Origin: Gemmatimonadaceae bacterium
Lineage (GTDB): Bacteria; Gemmatimonadota; Gemmatimonadetes; Gemmatimonadales; Gemmatimonadaceae
DNA length: 64,000 nt
Direction of reading: 5' to 3'
Assembly (NCBI GenBank): GCA_050733435.1
Contig: JBOHTB010000013.1
Location: forward strand, 3,168 to 67,167
Shown: positions 19,485-28,475 of the stretch, in pieces
Position numbering within the stretch: the stretch's first letter is position 1
How the letters are laid out: every line of letters starts with the position of its first letter
The notes under the pieces: model-generated
Seen by the model: the letters and a program-made list of their open reading frames with translations, nothing else
What the model was told of the DNA's origin: nothing
The model's database searches: none
Program-made: the position numbers and the translations under genes

Positions 19485-20732
19485 CTATGATATCGGTGCT
19501 TTTTCGGGGAGGGAAATCGCGGGCTTTTCCGGAGTAATCGCTTCGGACGTGCCGTTTCCGTTCTCGAGAGTGGCCAGTGACGAGAGCTGGATTCCACTCT
19601 CGACCTTACGCATCATTGCCACGAAGACGTTCGCTGCGTCCGGCTCGAACTCCGTCCCCGACCTTTCCTCCAGGTACTTGAGCACGCGCTCCGATTCCCA
19701 CGCGTCACGATAGGGTCGCCGGGTCCGCAGCGCATCGTACACATCGCAGACGTGTACGAGCTTGCTGGCTTTGTGACAGTCCCGCCGGTAGTGGTGCGTC
19801 GGGTAGCCCTGTCCATTGATCATGATGTGGTGCTCGTGCGCCACGGCCGCTGCGAGATCCAGCTTGCGTCCACTGGCGATGATCAACTTGGCGCCGTCGA
19901 CCGGATGCTGCTGCATCACTTTCCGCTCATCATCGGTGAGTTTCCCGGGTTTGTTGAGGATGTCCTGCGGCACGTTCACCTTGCCAAGGTCGTGCAGCAG
20001 GCCGGCGATGCCGAAGGTGCGGACATCCTGAGCGCCCAGCCCCAGAGATTCCGCAAGCGCCATCGTCAGCACGGATACGTTGAGTGAATGCGTCGTCGTG
20101 TACTCGTCGAATTCCTTGAGCTGAAGGAGTGGAAGAATCATCTCCTGGTCTCCGTGCATGGCCATCGACAATGACCGCACGACAGCTTCTGCCTCCGCCA
20201 GCGGCAGCTTCCCGCGCTCCTGAATCTCCTTGTGCATCGAGACTATCGAAGCCGCTTCCTCGCCGAGCGCGTACGAGATCGTAGCAATCGGTGCCTCTGC
20301 CTCGAGCGTCTTCTGCAGCTCTTTCGAGTCGCCACGAATTCCGAGCGCGCCGACCTTGATGCCGGTGGGCCGGGTTGGTCGCGATTCGCTTGTGTCGATC
20401 ACCGATAGCGTGATCCGCGCCATCATCTCCTCGAGAAACTCCTCGTATTCCTCGCGCGTGACGTTGTTCGCCAGCTCGATTCGCTGGACTCCCGCGTGCG
20501 CCAGACGCGAGCCCCATTCCCAGTCGCCGAGCTCGCGCAGTGGAGTGTCGCCATAGATGGTCTCCTCGCCGAGGAATGAGAACCGCGGCGTCGGATCGTG
20601 TTCCTGGAGGTCCCGAAGGCAGCGATAGGACCGATCGACTGCGCGCTCGCGGGCGGGGTGCCCCTCGTTGTAGAGAGCCATCGTCGAGACGGCCTGGCCA
20701 AACGACACGAGGTAGCGAATGGGATCACTCAT
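19485..20732 (-). CDS. HD-GYP domain protein with uncharacterised N-terminal domain
   Basis: HSLNV, LLHDLGK, HP, HEHH..NGQGYP, DVYDAL, RPYR; ATG 20732 overlaps the upstream stop. Confidence 0.88.
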   Translation of the reverse strand: MSDPIRYLVSFGQAVSTMALYNEGHPARERAVDRSYRCLRDLQEHDPTPRFSFLGEETIYGDTPLRELGDWEWGSRLAHAGVQRIELANNVTREEYEEFLEEMMARITLSVIDTSESRPTRPTGIKVGALGIRGDSKELQKTLEAEAPIATISYALGEEAASIVSMHKEIQERGKLPLAEAEAVVRSLSMAMHGDQEMILPLLQLKEFDEYTTTHSLNVSVLTMALAESLGLGAQDVRTFGIAGLLHDLGKVNVPQDILNKPGKLTDDERKVMQQHPVDGAKLIIASGRKLDLAAAVAHEHHIMINGQGYPTHHYRRDCHKASKLVHVCDVYDALRTRRPYRDAWESERVLKYLEERSGTEFEPDAANVFVAMMRKVESGIQLSSLATLENGNGTSEAITPEKPAISLPEKAPIS

Positions 20733-22881
20733 GATTCGCCCTTGGCTTCGCCTCCGCGCCGCGGGACCGCGATAGCTTAGCCCGGACTTCGCTCTCCTTG
20801 CTATCCTCCGCGAGGCGGAGCGCCTGTGCAGCGTCAGGGTCATCGCGCCAACCGGATGCGATCATGCCGAGCGCCGCCAGCATCTCCGGGGTGGATTGGC
20901 GCAGCTTGGGGCGTCTCGACCAATGCGTCTCCGTGACGACAAGCCCTAGCAGCCAATGCAGAATCTCCGGAGAATGCCGCTGACCGATGACACGGATGCA
21001 CATGGTGCGAAGCTGGGAGTCGAGATCTCCGGCATCGACGCGCTGCCGCATCAGCTCTATTGCACCGTCAGGACACTTTTCCTGCGTCGCGGTGAGCCCC
21101 ACGAACACGACGCGGTCGTCTTCGTCGCCCAGCGCGGTCATCGCGACGGCGTCGCGTGCCTCCGGGTCTCTTAGCATAAGCTTGACCGCCTCACGGCGAA
21201 TCAATGGCTCAGGGTTGAGAAGGAAATCGCTCGCGGAAAAATTCGGGGGGAGCGCGCTGAGGCGACTGAGAAATGCGAGCAATTCCCGCTGAACTGCAGG
21301 CGGCGCGCCCGCTGTGCGAGCCGCGACCGCGGGTCCCGCGGAGTCACCGAGGGACTGGATGAGTTCGTAGTACTGCGACCGGATCTTGGCATCGTCCGAA
21401 ACCATCGCGGCGTCAATCAGGCCATGGACTGCGGATCTTCCAAGACGTTTCGCGAAACGGCCCACGAGCGGGATATCCACGCGCTCCTGTGCAAGCAGCA
21501 CCTCGAAGGCTTGTTCCTCGCGAAGAAAATCCCAGAGCGGCGATCCCGTGTCCTCGCTTGGAGCGAGCTCGAGCAGCATCATCAACAAGTCGATCCGGCC
21601 AGAGTCGAGCAGCGCGCGCATGGCATCGCGCACCTGTGGCCCCATAGCACCGACCTCGATCGCGATCTGGATCATTCGCTCCGGCTCGCACTCAGTCGGT
21701 ACCGCAGGCGATGGCCCTCCGCCGTTGCCTCGCGAGCTCGACATTGTCTCCAGAACTCGCCGGTAGCCTTCCGGATTCGGGTCGTCGAGACTCCAGTCGT
21801 CGATGAGCCTCCTCATGACATCGCGCACAGTCGGGTCGGTTTTGCTCCGCGCACCCCCCGACGATGGATGGTGAGCCAGCTTCGACAGCATTCTAAGCAT
21901 CGAGTGGGAAACGGTCTGGCCCTCCGCCGCCGAAGCGGCTTTTACGAGATCGATTACCGCTTCCACCGTTATCCCTTGCGAGGCGTCGAGCAGGAATTTT
22001 CTGCGCTGGCTCCGATCGCCGCCCATTTCCAGAAGTTTTTCGAGCGTGGATTTCTTGAGCGATCCGACCAATCGTGACACCCTGCGCTGAAGTCCCGCCG
22101 CCTCCGCCCCATCGGCGGAACGCAACTCTTCACCGATCTGCAGCAGGTAGCCGACGATTACCTGATCGTACGCTTCCTCGCGCTGATGCTCGTCGATGGC
22201 GCGCGCGACGGTTGCAGGTTCGAGTGCCGCGCTGTCATCGCTGTCGGTGATCTGGCCAGCCGCAGACGTGTCCGAAACGAGCGCCGCGCGCGCGAGACCT
22301 ATCCAGAGCTGAGTCGCGCGGCCGGCCGCCATCTGATCCGGATTCGCACCTTCCGCGGTCGGATCGTCTTCGATCAGCTGCAAGCGATCATACGTCAGAG
22401 GGAAAAACCGCACATGCTCCCAAAGCTTGCCCACCCGCTCGAGATCGTGACCAATTGGCTTTTCGCTTCTGACAGGATCCACCGCCAGAGCGGCGAGCGC
22501 CTCCGCCAGCTCGTCGCGATTCATGCCGCGCACGAACTTTATGGCCCCGACATGGTGCTTGTGCAGGCGCTGGGCGAGCTCCTTCAGCACCGGATTCAAT
22601 GGGTCCGTTGCAACGCCCTCGATAATGAGCTGTCGCCGTGCGACACCAATCGAGAGGGAATCCCGATGATCGCTGAACAGGAGGCCGAGGCGGTTGGCGA
22701 CGCCATCGATCGCGACATCGAGCAGGGGATGCTTGCTCGGATAGATCGCGTGCTTGTTGAGAGTGATAGAGAACTCCAGCAGAAAATCCGCAAGCTCGCG
22801 CGAGAGCGTGGTGACACCCGGTCGGGGCGTCCCGGAAGAGGGCGGGGCAGACGGCGGTGCTGTCTGGGCTGGAGTCGTCAT
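20725..22881 (-). CDS. Large helical protein with C-terminal HEAT-like repeats
   Basis: Long ORF with HEAT-like NPEPLIRREAVKLM and DEDDRVVFVGL; start inferred. Confidence 0.7.
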   Translation of the reverse strand: MTTPAQTAPPSAPPSSGTPRPGVTTLSRELADFLLEFSITLNKHAIYPSKHPLLDVAIDGVANRLGLLFSDHRDSLSIGVARRQLIIEGVATDPLNPVLKELAQRLHKHHVGAIKFVRGMNRDELAEALAALAVDPVRSEKPIGHDLERVGKLWEHVRFFPLTYDRLQLIEDDPTAEGANPDQMAAGRATQLWIGLARAALVSDTSAAGQITDSDDSAALEPATVARAIDEHQREEAYDQVIVGYLLQIGEELRSADGAEAAGLQRRVSRLVGSLKKSTLEKLLEMGGDRSQRRKFLLDASQGITVEAVIDLVKAASAAEGQTVSHSMLRMLSKLAHHPSSGGARSKTDPTVRDVMRRLIDDWSLDDPNPEGYRRVLETMSSSRGNGGGPSPAVPTECEPERMIQIAIEVGAMGPQVRDAMRALLDSGRIDLLMMLLELAPSEDTGSPLWDFLREEQAFEVLLAQERVDIPLVGRFAKRLGRSAVHGLIDAAMVSDDAKIRSQYYELIQSLGDSAGPAVAARTAGAPPAVQRELLAFLSRLSALPPNFSASDFLLNPEPLIRREAVKLMLRDPEARDAVAMTALGDEDDRVVFVGLTATQEKCPDGAIELMRQRVDAGDLDSQLRTMCIRVIGQRHSPEILHWLLGLVVTETHWSRRPKLRQSTPEMLAALGMIASGWRDDPDAAQALRLAEDSKESEVRAKLSRSRGAEAKPRANHE

Positions 22882-23007
22882 GTTCGAGGCGCGCGGCGCC
22901 TCAATTTGAGAAGCGGTTAACTGATTGTCTCCAAGAGACTTGGATCCCATGCATGTCGTCACCAGTTCATCGTCGAAGTTGCCCTCTCGTTAGGCTAGGT
23001 TTTGACG

Positions 23008-24240
23008 ATGTCTGGTGACACATACTCGACGCGCTGGAGGGTGCTCGCGTTACTGGGAATCGCGGAGCTTTTCGGCATGTCGCTCTGGTTTTCCGCAAGC
23101 GCCGTTTCGCCGCAACTCCGCGCAATCTGGGGACTCACTCCAGCGGAAACCGGTTGGCTAACCACCATCGTGCAACTGGGTTTCGTTTGCGGCACAGCCA
23201 TCATCGCCGTGCTCAACCTCGCGGACGTGATTGCCGCTCGACGGCTCTTCAGCGTTTGCGCCTTTCTCGGCGCTGCCGCCAACGCAGCGATTCTCGCGGT
23301 CCCGGGTTATGGGGCCGTGCTCGCGCTCAGATTTCTGACGGGATTTTTTCTCGCGGGAGTCTATCCACCGGCGATGAAGATGGTCGCAACGTGGTTTCGC
23401 GCTGAGCGGGGACTCGCGATCGGAGTGATAGTCGGCGCGCTCACCGTCGGCAAAGCCACCCCGTATCTGGTGCGGGCCATTCCGCACGTTGGACTACGAC
23501 CCGTCGTGCTGACTGCGAGTGTGGCAGCTCTGTTCGGCGGACTCATAGTGGCGATTGGTTACAGGGACGGCCCATTCCCTTTCGCATCGCGCCCCTTTTC
23601 CTGGAAGCACGTGAGCGACGTGATCCACGTCCGGGAATGGCGTCTTGCAACGACCAGCTATCTAGGCCACATGTTCGAGCTTTACGCTTTCTGGACGTGG
23701 ATACCGGCCTTCCTCGCGGCAAGCCTCGCCGTCAGCGCGGGGCGTCCGTTCCGCGCGGCGCGGGTCGTCTCGCTCCTCGCATTCACGACGATCGCGATCG
23801 GAGGCGCGGGCTGCGTCTGGGGAGGATTGTTCGCCGACAAGCGGGGCAGGGAGCGCCTCGTTACGATCTCGCTGTACATGAGCGGGGCCTGTTGTCTGCT
23901 AAGCGGCTTTATCTTCGGACGGCCGTTGTGGGCGCTCGGCGCGCTTGCCATGACGTGGGGCTTTTTCGTCATCGCGGACAGCGCTCAATTCAGCGCGCTC
24001 GTCACGGAGGCGGTGCCGGCGCACACAGTCGGAACAGCGCTCACCATTCAGACGTCGCTCGGATTTCTTCTGACGATGCTGCCGATGCAACTGGTGCCGA
24101 TCGTCGCGCAACACACCGGATGGCGCTGGGCATTCGCTCTGTTGGCGCTTGGCCCGGTCGCGGGTATCGCTGCGATCAGAAAGTTCGTAGCTTCGCGTTC
24201 ACCGGCGACGGGAGCCGTCAACTTTTCCGGCGCAGGCTGA
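23008..24240 (+). CDS. MFS transporter
   Basis: About 12 hydrophobic segments; GLFADKRGR motif. Confidence 0.88.
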   Translation: MSGDTYSTRWRVLALLGIAELFGMSLWFSASAVSPQLRAIWGLTPAETGWLTTIVQLGFVCGTAIIAVLNLADVIAARRLFSVCAFLGAAANAAILAVPGYGAVLALRFLTGFFLAGVYPPAMKMVATWFRAERGLAIGVIVGALTVGKATPYLVRAIPHVGLRPVVLTASVAALFGGLIVAIGYRDGPFPFASRPFSWKHVSDVIHVREWRLATTSYLGHMFELYAFWTWIPAFLAASLAVSAGRPFRAARVVSLLAFTTIAIGGAGCVWGGLFADKRGRERLVTISLYMSGACCLLSGFIFGRPLWALGALAMTWGFFVIADSAQFSALVTEAVPAHTVGTALTIQTSLGFLLTMLPMQLVPIVAQHTGWRWAFALLALGPVAGIAAIRKFVASRSPATGAVNFSGAG

Positions 24241-24265
24241 GCCGAACTGGAGAACAGCCGTGAAA

Positions 24266-24646
24266 ATGTACACAGAGTTCAGGGAATTTCTGCTCAAGCA
24301 GAACGTGGTCGCGCTTGCGATCGCCGTCGTCGTCGGTACCGCGCTCAATGCTCTGGTCAAGGCGATTGTCGATGATTTCATCATGCCTGTCATCGTCGCG
24401 ATCGGGCCCGGAGGGGAATGGCAGAAGGCGACGTGGACGCTCGGCTCGGTCAAGTTCGGCGTCGGCGACTTTGCCTCCGCGGTGATCAACTTCATCATCA
24501 TCGGCTTCGTCGCGTGGCGGATTTCCAAGATTTTCATCAGGCCCGTCGCGGAACCCGTGAAGAGTCTGTGTCAGTTCTGCAGAATGACGATAGATCCGGT
24601 TGCGTCGCGGTGTCCGTACTGCACCAGCGAGGTGGCGCGCCCGTAG
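24266..24646 (+). CDS. mscL: Large-conductance mechanosensitive channel with C-terminal CxxC...CxxC
   Basis: EFREFLLKQNVVALAIAVVVG...DDFIMP...GDFASAVINFII; tail CQFC...CPYC. Confidence 0.88.
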   Translation: MYTEFREFLLKQNVVALAIAVVVGTALNALVKAIVDDFIMPVIVAIGPGGEWQKATWTLGSVKFGVGDFASAVINFIIIGFVAWRISKIFIRPVAEPVKSLCQFCRMTIDPVASRCPYCTSEVARP

Positions 24647-24674
24647 AACGACTACTCTGTGTGCGCGTAGCGCG

Positions 24675-25988
24675 TCAGATTCCCGAGGGGAAGGTCTCCG
24701 GCGGCTCGACCTCGTGCCAGCGCTCCGGTTTCTCGAGTGGCTCGAGCGCGCGGGTCTCGTCGATATGGAAGACCGCATCGAACTGGTCGCGCATGTTGGC
24801 TCGAAAATAATGACTGATTCGCTCTGTCTCCGGCCGGTAGACGACTCCGATAGCACGCTCGAGCCGTGGTCGAGAAAGAAGCGAGGTGTGTCCAGCGCCG
24901 TTGCGCAGATTCACAAAAAACCGCGGCAGCCCGGTTTCGTGGAAGCCAAGCTCGTAACTATCGGGCAGCGCGGGACGAACGCGTTTGCGCTCTCCGGGGT
25001 CGTCCCAATCGGTTGCCGCTGTGACCGTCCCCGTGTACGTCGTGAAGCCAACGAGGACCGCTTCCGAGTCGTACTTCTGTCGTAGCAGCTGACCCACATT
25101 GAGCTCGCCGCGCGATCCCATCTCGGTCGCCCGCGCGTCACCAAGGTGAGAGTTGTGCGCCCACAGTACGATCTTCGGCTCTCGTCCCTTTCTTTTGAGG
25201 TAGGCGACAAGAGCGTCGACAGTCTCCGCCATGTGCGTATCGCGGAGATTCCACGAGGACTTGCGACCCCGAAACATCGACCGGTAGTACTCCTCCGCGT
25301 CCCTTACGAGTCGTGCGTTTTGCTCGGCGTCGAAGAAGTCGTCGCCATCTTCGTGGCTCCGCATGGTCAGAGCATTCCTCTGCAACTCGACGAGCTGGTT
25401 CACTGCCTCGTCCTCGCAGGACTTCGAAAGATCGAAGCTCGCGACGTAGCCATATGCCTGGCTGTCCTCGCCGAAATGCTCGAAGCACTGGTAGCGGTAT
25501 CTCGCGCGCATCGCGGCTTCCGGATCTACCCTGTCCAGATAGTCGAGAACAGCTCCGATCGAATTGAAGAGACTGTACAGATCCAGACCGAAGAATCCGG
25601 TCCTGCCTGCATCCGGACGGGTCGCGTTGTAGTCACGGAGCCATTGCACAAAGTCGAGCACGACCGTGTTTCGCCACATCCACGTCGGAAAGCGCTCGAA
25701 TCCGCTCAGAGCAGTGTCGGCGTCACGGTCCTCTGATCCGCCGCGAACGTACCGGTTGACCCGGTAGGCATCCGGCCAATCGGCCTCGACTGCCACAGCG
25801 CTGAATCCTTTTTCAGTTATCAGGCGCTTGGTGATCTCGGCACGCCGCTCGTAGAAGTCATGGGTGCCGTGCGAGCCCTCGCCGAGCAGGACGAAACAGG
25901 CATTGCCGACGAGGTCGAGGAGAGGACGATAATCGGCTTCGGTACCCTCCAACGGGTGCGCCAGCCGCCGCAGATCACCGGTATCCAT
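24675..25988 (-). CDS. Erythromycin esterase family protein
   Basis: LLGEGSHGTHDFY, AVEADWPD, WAHNSHLGDAR, LERAIGVVY. Confidence 0.88.
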   Translation of the reverse strand: MDTGDLRRLAHPLEGTEADYRPLLDLVGNACFVLLGEGSHGTHDFYERRAEITKRLITEKGFSAVAVEADWPDAYRVNRYVRGGSEDRDADTALSGFERFPTWMWRNTVVLDFVQWLRDYNATRPDAGRTGFFGLDLYSLFNSIGAVLDYLDRVDPEAAMRARYRYQCFEHFGEDSQAYGYVASFDLSKSCEDEAVNQLVELQRNALTMRSHEDGDDFFDAEQNARLVRDAEEYYRSMFRGRKSSWNLRDTHMAETVDALVAYLKRKGREPKIVLWAHNSHLGDARATEMGSRGELNVGQLLRQKYDSEAVLVGFTTYTGTVTAATDWDDPGERKRVRPALPDSYELGFHETGLPRFFVNLRNGAGHTSLLSRPRLERAIGVVYRPETERISHYFRANMRDQFDAVFHIDETRALEPLEKPERWHEVEPPETFPSGI

Positions 25989-26096
25989 GCTGAAAGCAGG
26001 TCGCAATCAGCGAACCATTGCGGCCGAATGCGACGATATCCCGGGCGGCACAAAACTCGCGCTTGTAGAGGTTAACGAATGCCAATCAGCTCCAGT

Positions 26097-28430
26097 ATGA
26101 AGTCCGTAAAAGTCGACGCTACCAAGCCCGTTCTTGTCGATGGCGATGGCGAAGTCCCGGACACCGCTTTCCGCGACACGATTCCCCGGCTGCAACCCGG
26201 CGAGGAGTATTTCACTCGCGCCTTCGCGGTCGTCGCGTGGCTCTACGGACTTTACTGGATAACGTGGCGGTGGACCGCGTCCCTGAACCCCCACGCGATT
26301 GTTTTCTCCGTGGTTCTGGTGCTGGCCGAGACGTACGGCTTGATCAGCTCGCTCCTGATGATCGCGACGGTATGGAAGCTGAGTGACCGTGAGCCGCCCC
26401 CCGCGCCCAAGGGACTCGATGTCGACGTTTTCATAACGAACTACGACGAGCCGCTGGAGGTCCTGCGTCGAACGGCTATCGGAGCGCGCGCCATTCGATA
26501 TCCTCATCGCACCTTCATGCTCGACGACGGAAAGCGCGAGGAAGTGAAGGCGATGGCGGAAGCGCTGGGAATTGGCTACATCCGCCGCGAAGGGAACGCG
26601 CATGCCAAAGCTGGGAACCTGAACAACGCGTTCAAGGTGACGAAGGGCGAGTTCATTCTGCAGCTGGACGCGGACCACGTCCCCCTGCCGAACATCCTCG
26701 ACCGCCTCCTTGGCTACTTCGAGGATGACAAGCTCGCGTTCGTGCAGTCGCCCCAGGACTTCTACAACACGGACTCATTCACCCACGTCATCAACGAGGA
26801 GCATCGAAGCCTGTGGGAGGAAAACCGGATTTTCTTTTCGCTACTGCAGCCGGGGAAGGACACCTGGAACGCCGCGTTCTTTTGCGGAAGCTGCGGAGTG
26901 TTGCGGAGAAAGGCGTTCGACGAGATCGGCGGATTTTCTACCCGCACGGTCATCGAAGACATGGAGACTTCCATCGTGCTGCACGGGCGTGGCTGGAAGT
27001 CCATTTATCACGGTGAGACTCTCGCGTACGGGCTCGCACCAGCGTCGGCTCACGCGTACCACGTCCAGCGTCTGCGGTGGGGACAGGGTGCGATGCAGAT
27101 ATTGCGGAAGCTCAGCCCGTTCACTTACCCGGGGCTCAGCGTTCCACAGCGACTTGCCTACTTTAGCGCCACGTCGACGTACTTCGAAGGAATTCAGAAG
27201 CTGATTTTCTATCTGGCGCCAGCGTTGTTCTTCTTTACCGGCTGGCTCCCCGTGCGCATCACCAACGCGCAATTATTGACGCGACTCATTCCGTACGTGC
27301 TGCTCAGTATCATTTCGTTCGAGCTTCTTTCGCGCGGCTCGGGATGGATACTCATCTCGGAGCGGTATATGATGGCGAAGTTCTGGACTTACATAAAAAC
27401 GTATCCAGCGCTGTTCACCAAAAAGCTTCTGAAATTCAACGTCACGCCCAAGGGGACCGGTGACGTTCCATTCGAGACGTACGCGCCGCAGCTCTATCTC
27501 CTCATCGTCTCGGTGGCGTCGGTGATCTGGGCGACACTTGCCTACCACTTCGGCTGGGTGAACTATCACGCGAAGGGCTGGTCGTCGGTCGCCTTCTGGC
27601 TGAACGGTTTCTGGATCTGCTGGAATGTCTATTTCGCCGGCTACGTCGTGTTGCAGAGCAGGTCGTCGCGGCAGCAGCGCGTAGATCACCGCTTCATCGA
27701 TTCATTCCCGATCACGCTGAGTGCGACGGATGAGGAAGGCAGGCAGTACGAGGATCTGCTTGCGCTCACGCAGGATCTGAATCCGGTCGGAATGGCGTTC
27801 CGCGCATCGTTCGCGCTGCCGGAGAAGACAAGAATCAAAATGGCGCTGCCGCTGGCGAGCGGCCCCGTCGATGTGAGCGGACGCGTGATGCACATCGAGA
27901 AGAGTTATACGGGCAACAACGCGATCTACACGCACGGTGTCCAGTTCGATGATCTTCCGCTGGAGACGCGGGACGCGATCGAGCTTCACTGCACTCATCA
28001 CTCGGTGCCGATGTGGCGGATGAAATACCGGCAATCGCTAAATCTTTTCAACAAAGCCACCGAAATGGTGGCGAACAGCCGAGGCGAGAAGCGATTCTCC
28101 GTGCAGCTGCCTGCGCGCGTGACGGTTGAAGCCCAGGGCGAGGAGATACCCGCGGAAGGCCTCGCTCTCCTCGAGGATGTGAGTCAGCGTGGAGCGCGCC
28201 TCCTGATGGAGGCTCCCGTTCCGCCCGACCGGGTCGTGAGCTTTGACGTTCCGGGGACGACGTTCTCAGGCAAGGGGCGCGTCGTTTTCAATCGCACGCT
28301 CGAGACGCCAATGAAGGTGAGGTTCGTAGTCGGTCTCGGACGTCAGGTGCCGGAGTCCAGGTTCAGGACCTGGACGCGCGAGTGGCGCACCATCGCCTTC
28401 GGCCAGGTAGATCAGGGAGCAACCCGCTAG
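26097..28430 (+). CDS. BcsA-like processive GT2 polysaccharide synthase with two PilZ-like domains
   Basis: DDG, HAKAGN, DADH, QSPQ, FFCGS, IED, QRLRW; TM helices; RVDHR...DLNPVG and RGEKR...DVSQRG; start 26079 or 26097. Confidence 0.88.
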   Translation: MKSVKVDATKPVLVDGDGEVPDTAFRDTIPRLQPGEEYFTRAFAVVAWLYGLYWITWRWTASLNPHAIVFSVVLVLAETYGLISSLLMIATVWKLSDREPPPAPKGLDVDVFITNYDEPLEVLRRTAIGARAIRYPHRTFMLDDGKREEVKAMAEALGIGYIRREGNAHAKAGNLNNAFKVTKGEFILQLDADHVPLPNILDRLLGYFEDDKLAFVQSPQDFYNTDSFTHVINEEHRSLWEENRIFFSLLQPGKDTWNAAFFCGSCGVLRRKAFDEIGGFSTRTVIEDMETSIVLHGRGWKSIYHGETLAYGLAPASAHAYHVQRLRWGQGAMQILRKLSPFTYPGLSVPQRLAYFSATSTYFEGIQKLIFYLAPALFFFTGWLPVRITNAQLLTRLIPYVLLSIISFELLSRGSGWILISERYMMAKFWTYIKTYPALFTKKLLKFNVTPKGTGDVPFETYAPQLYLLIVSVASVIWATLAYHFGWVNYHAKGWSSVAFWLNGFWICWNVYFAGYVVLQSRSSRQQRVDHRFIDSFPITLSATDEEGRQYEDLLALTQDLNPVGMAFRASFALPEKTRIKMALPLASGPVDVSGRVMHIEKSYTGNNAIYTHGVQFDDLPLETRDAIELHCTHHSVPMWRMKYRQSLNLFNKATEMVANSRGEKRFSVQLPARVTVEAQGEEIPAEGLALLEDVSQRGARLLMEAPVPPDRVVSFDVPGTTFSGKGRVVFNRTLETPMKVRFVVGLGRQVPESRFRTWTREWRTIAFGQVDQGATR

Positions 28431-28475
28431 ACCCCAAGCTGGCTCACAAAATCGGGCGTTCGTACATTTGCGCGG

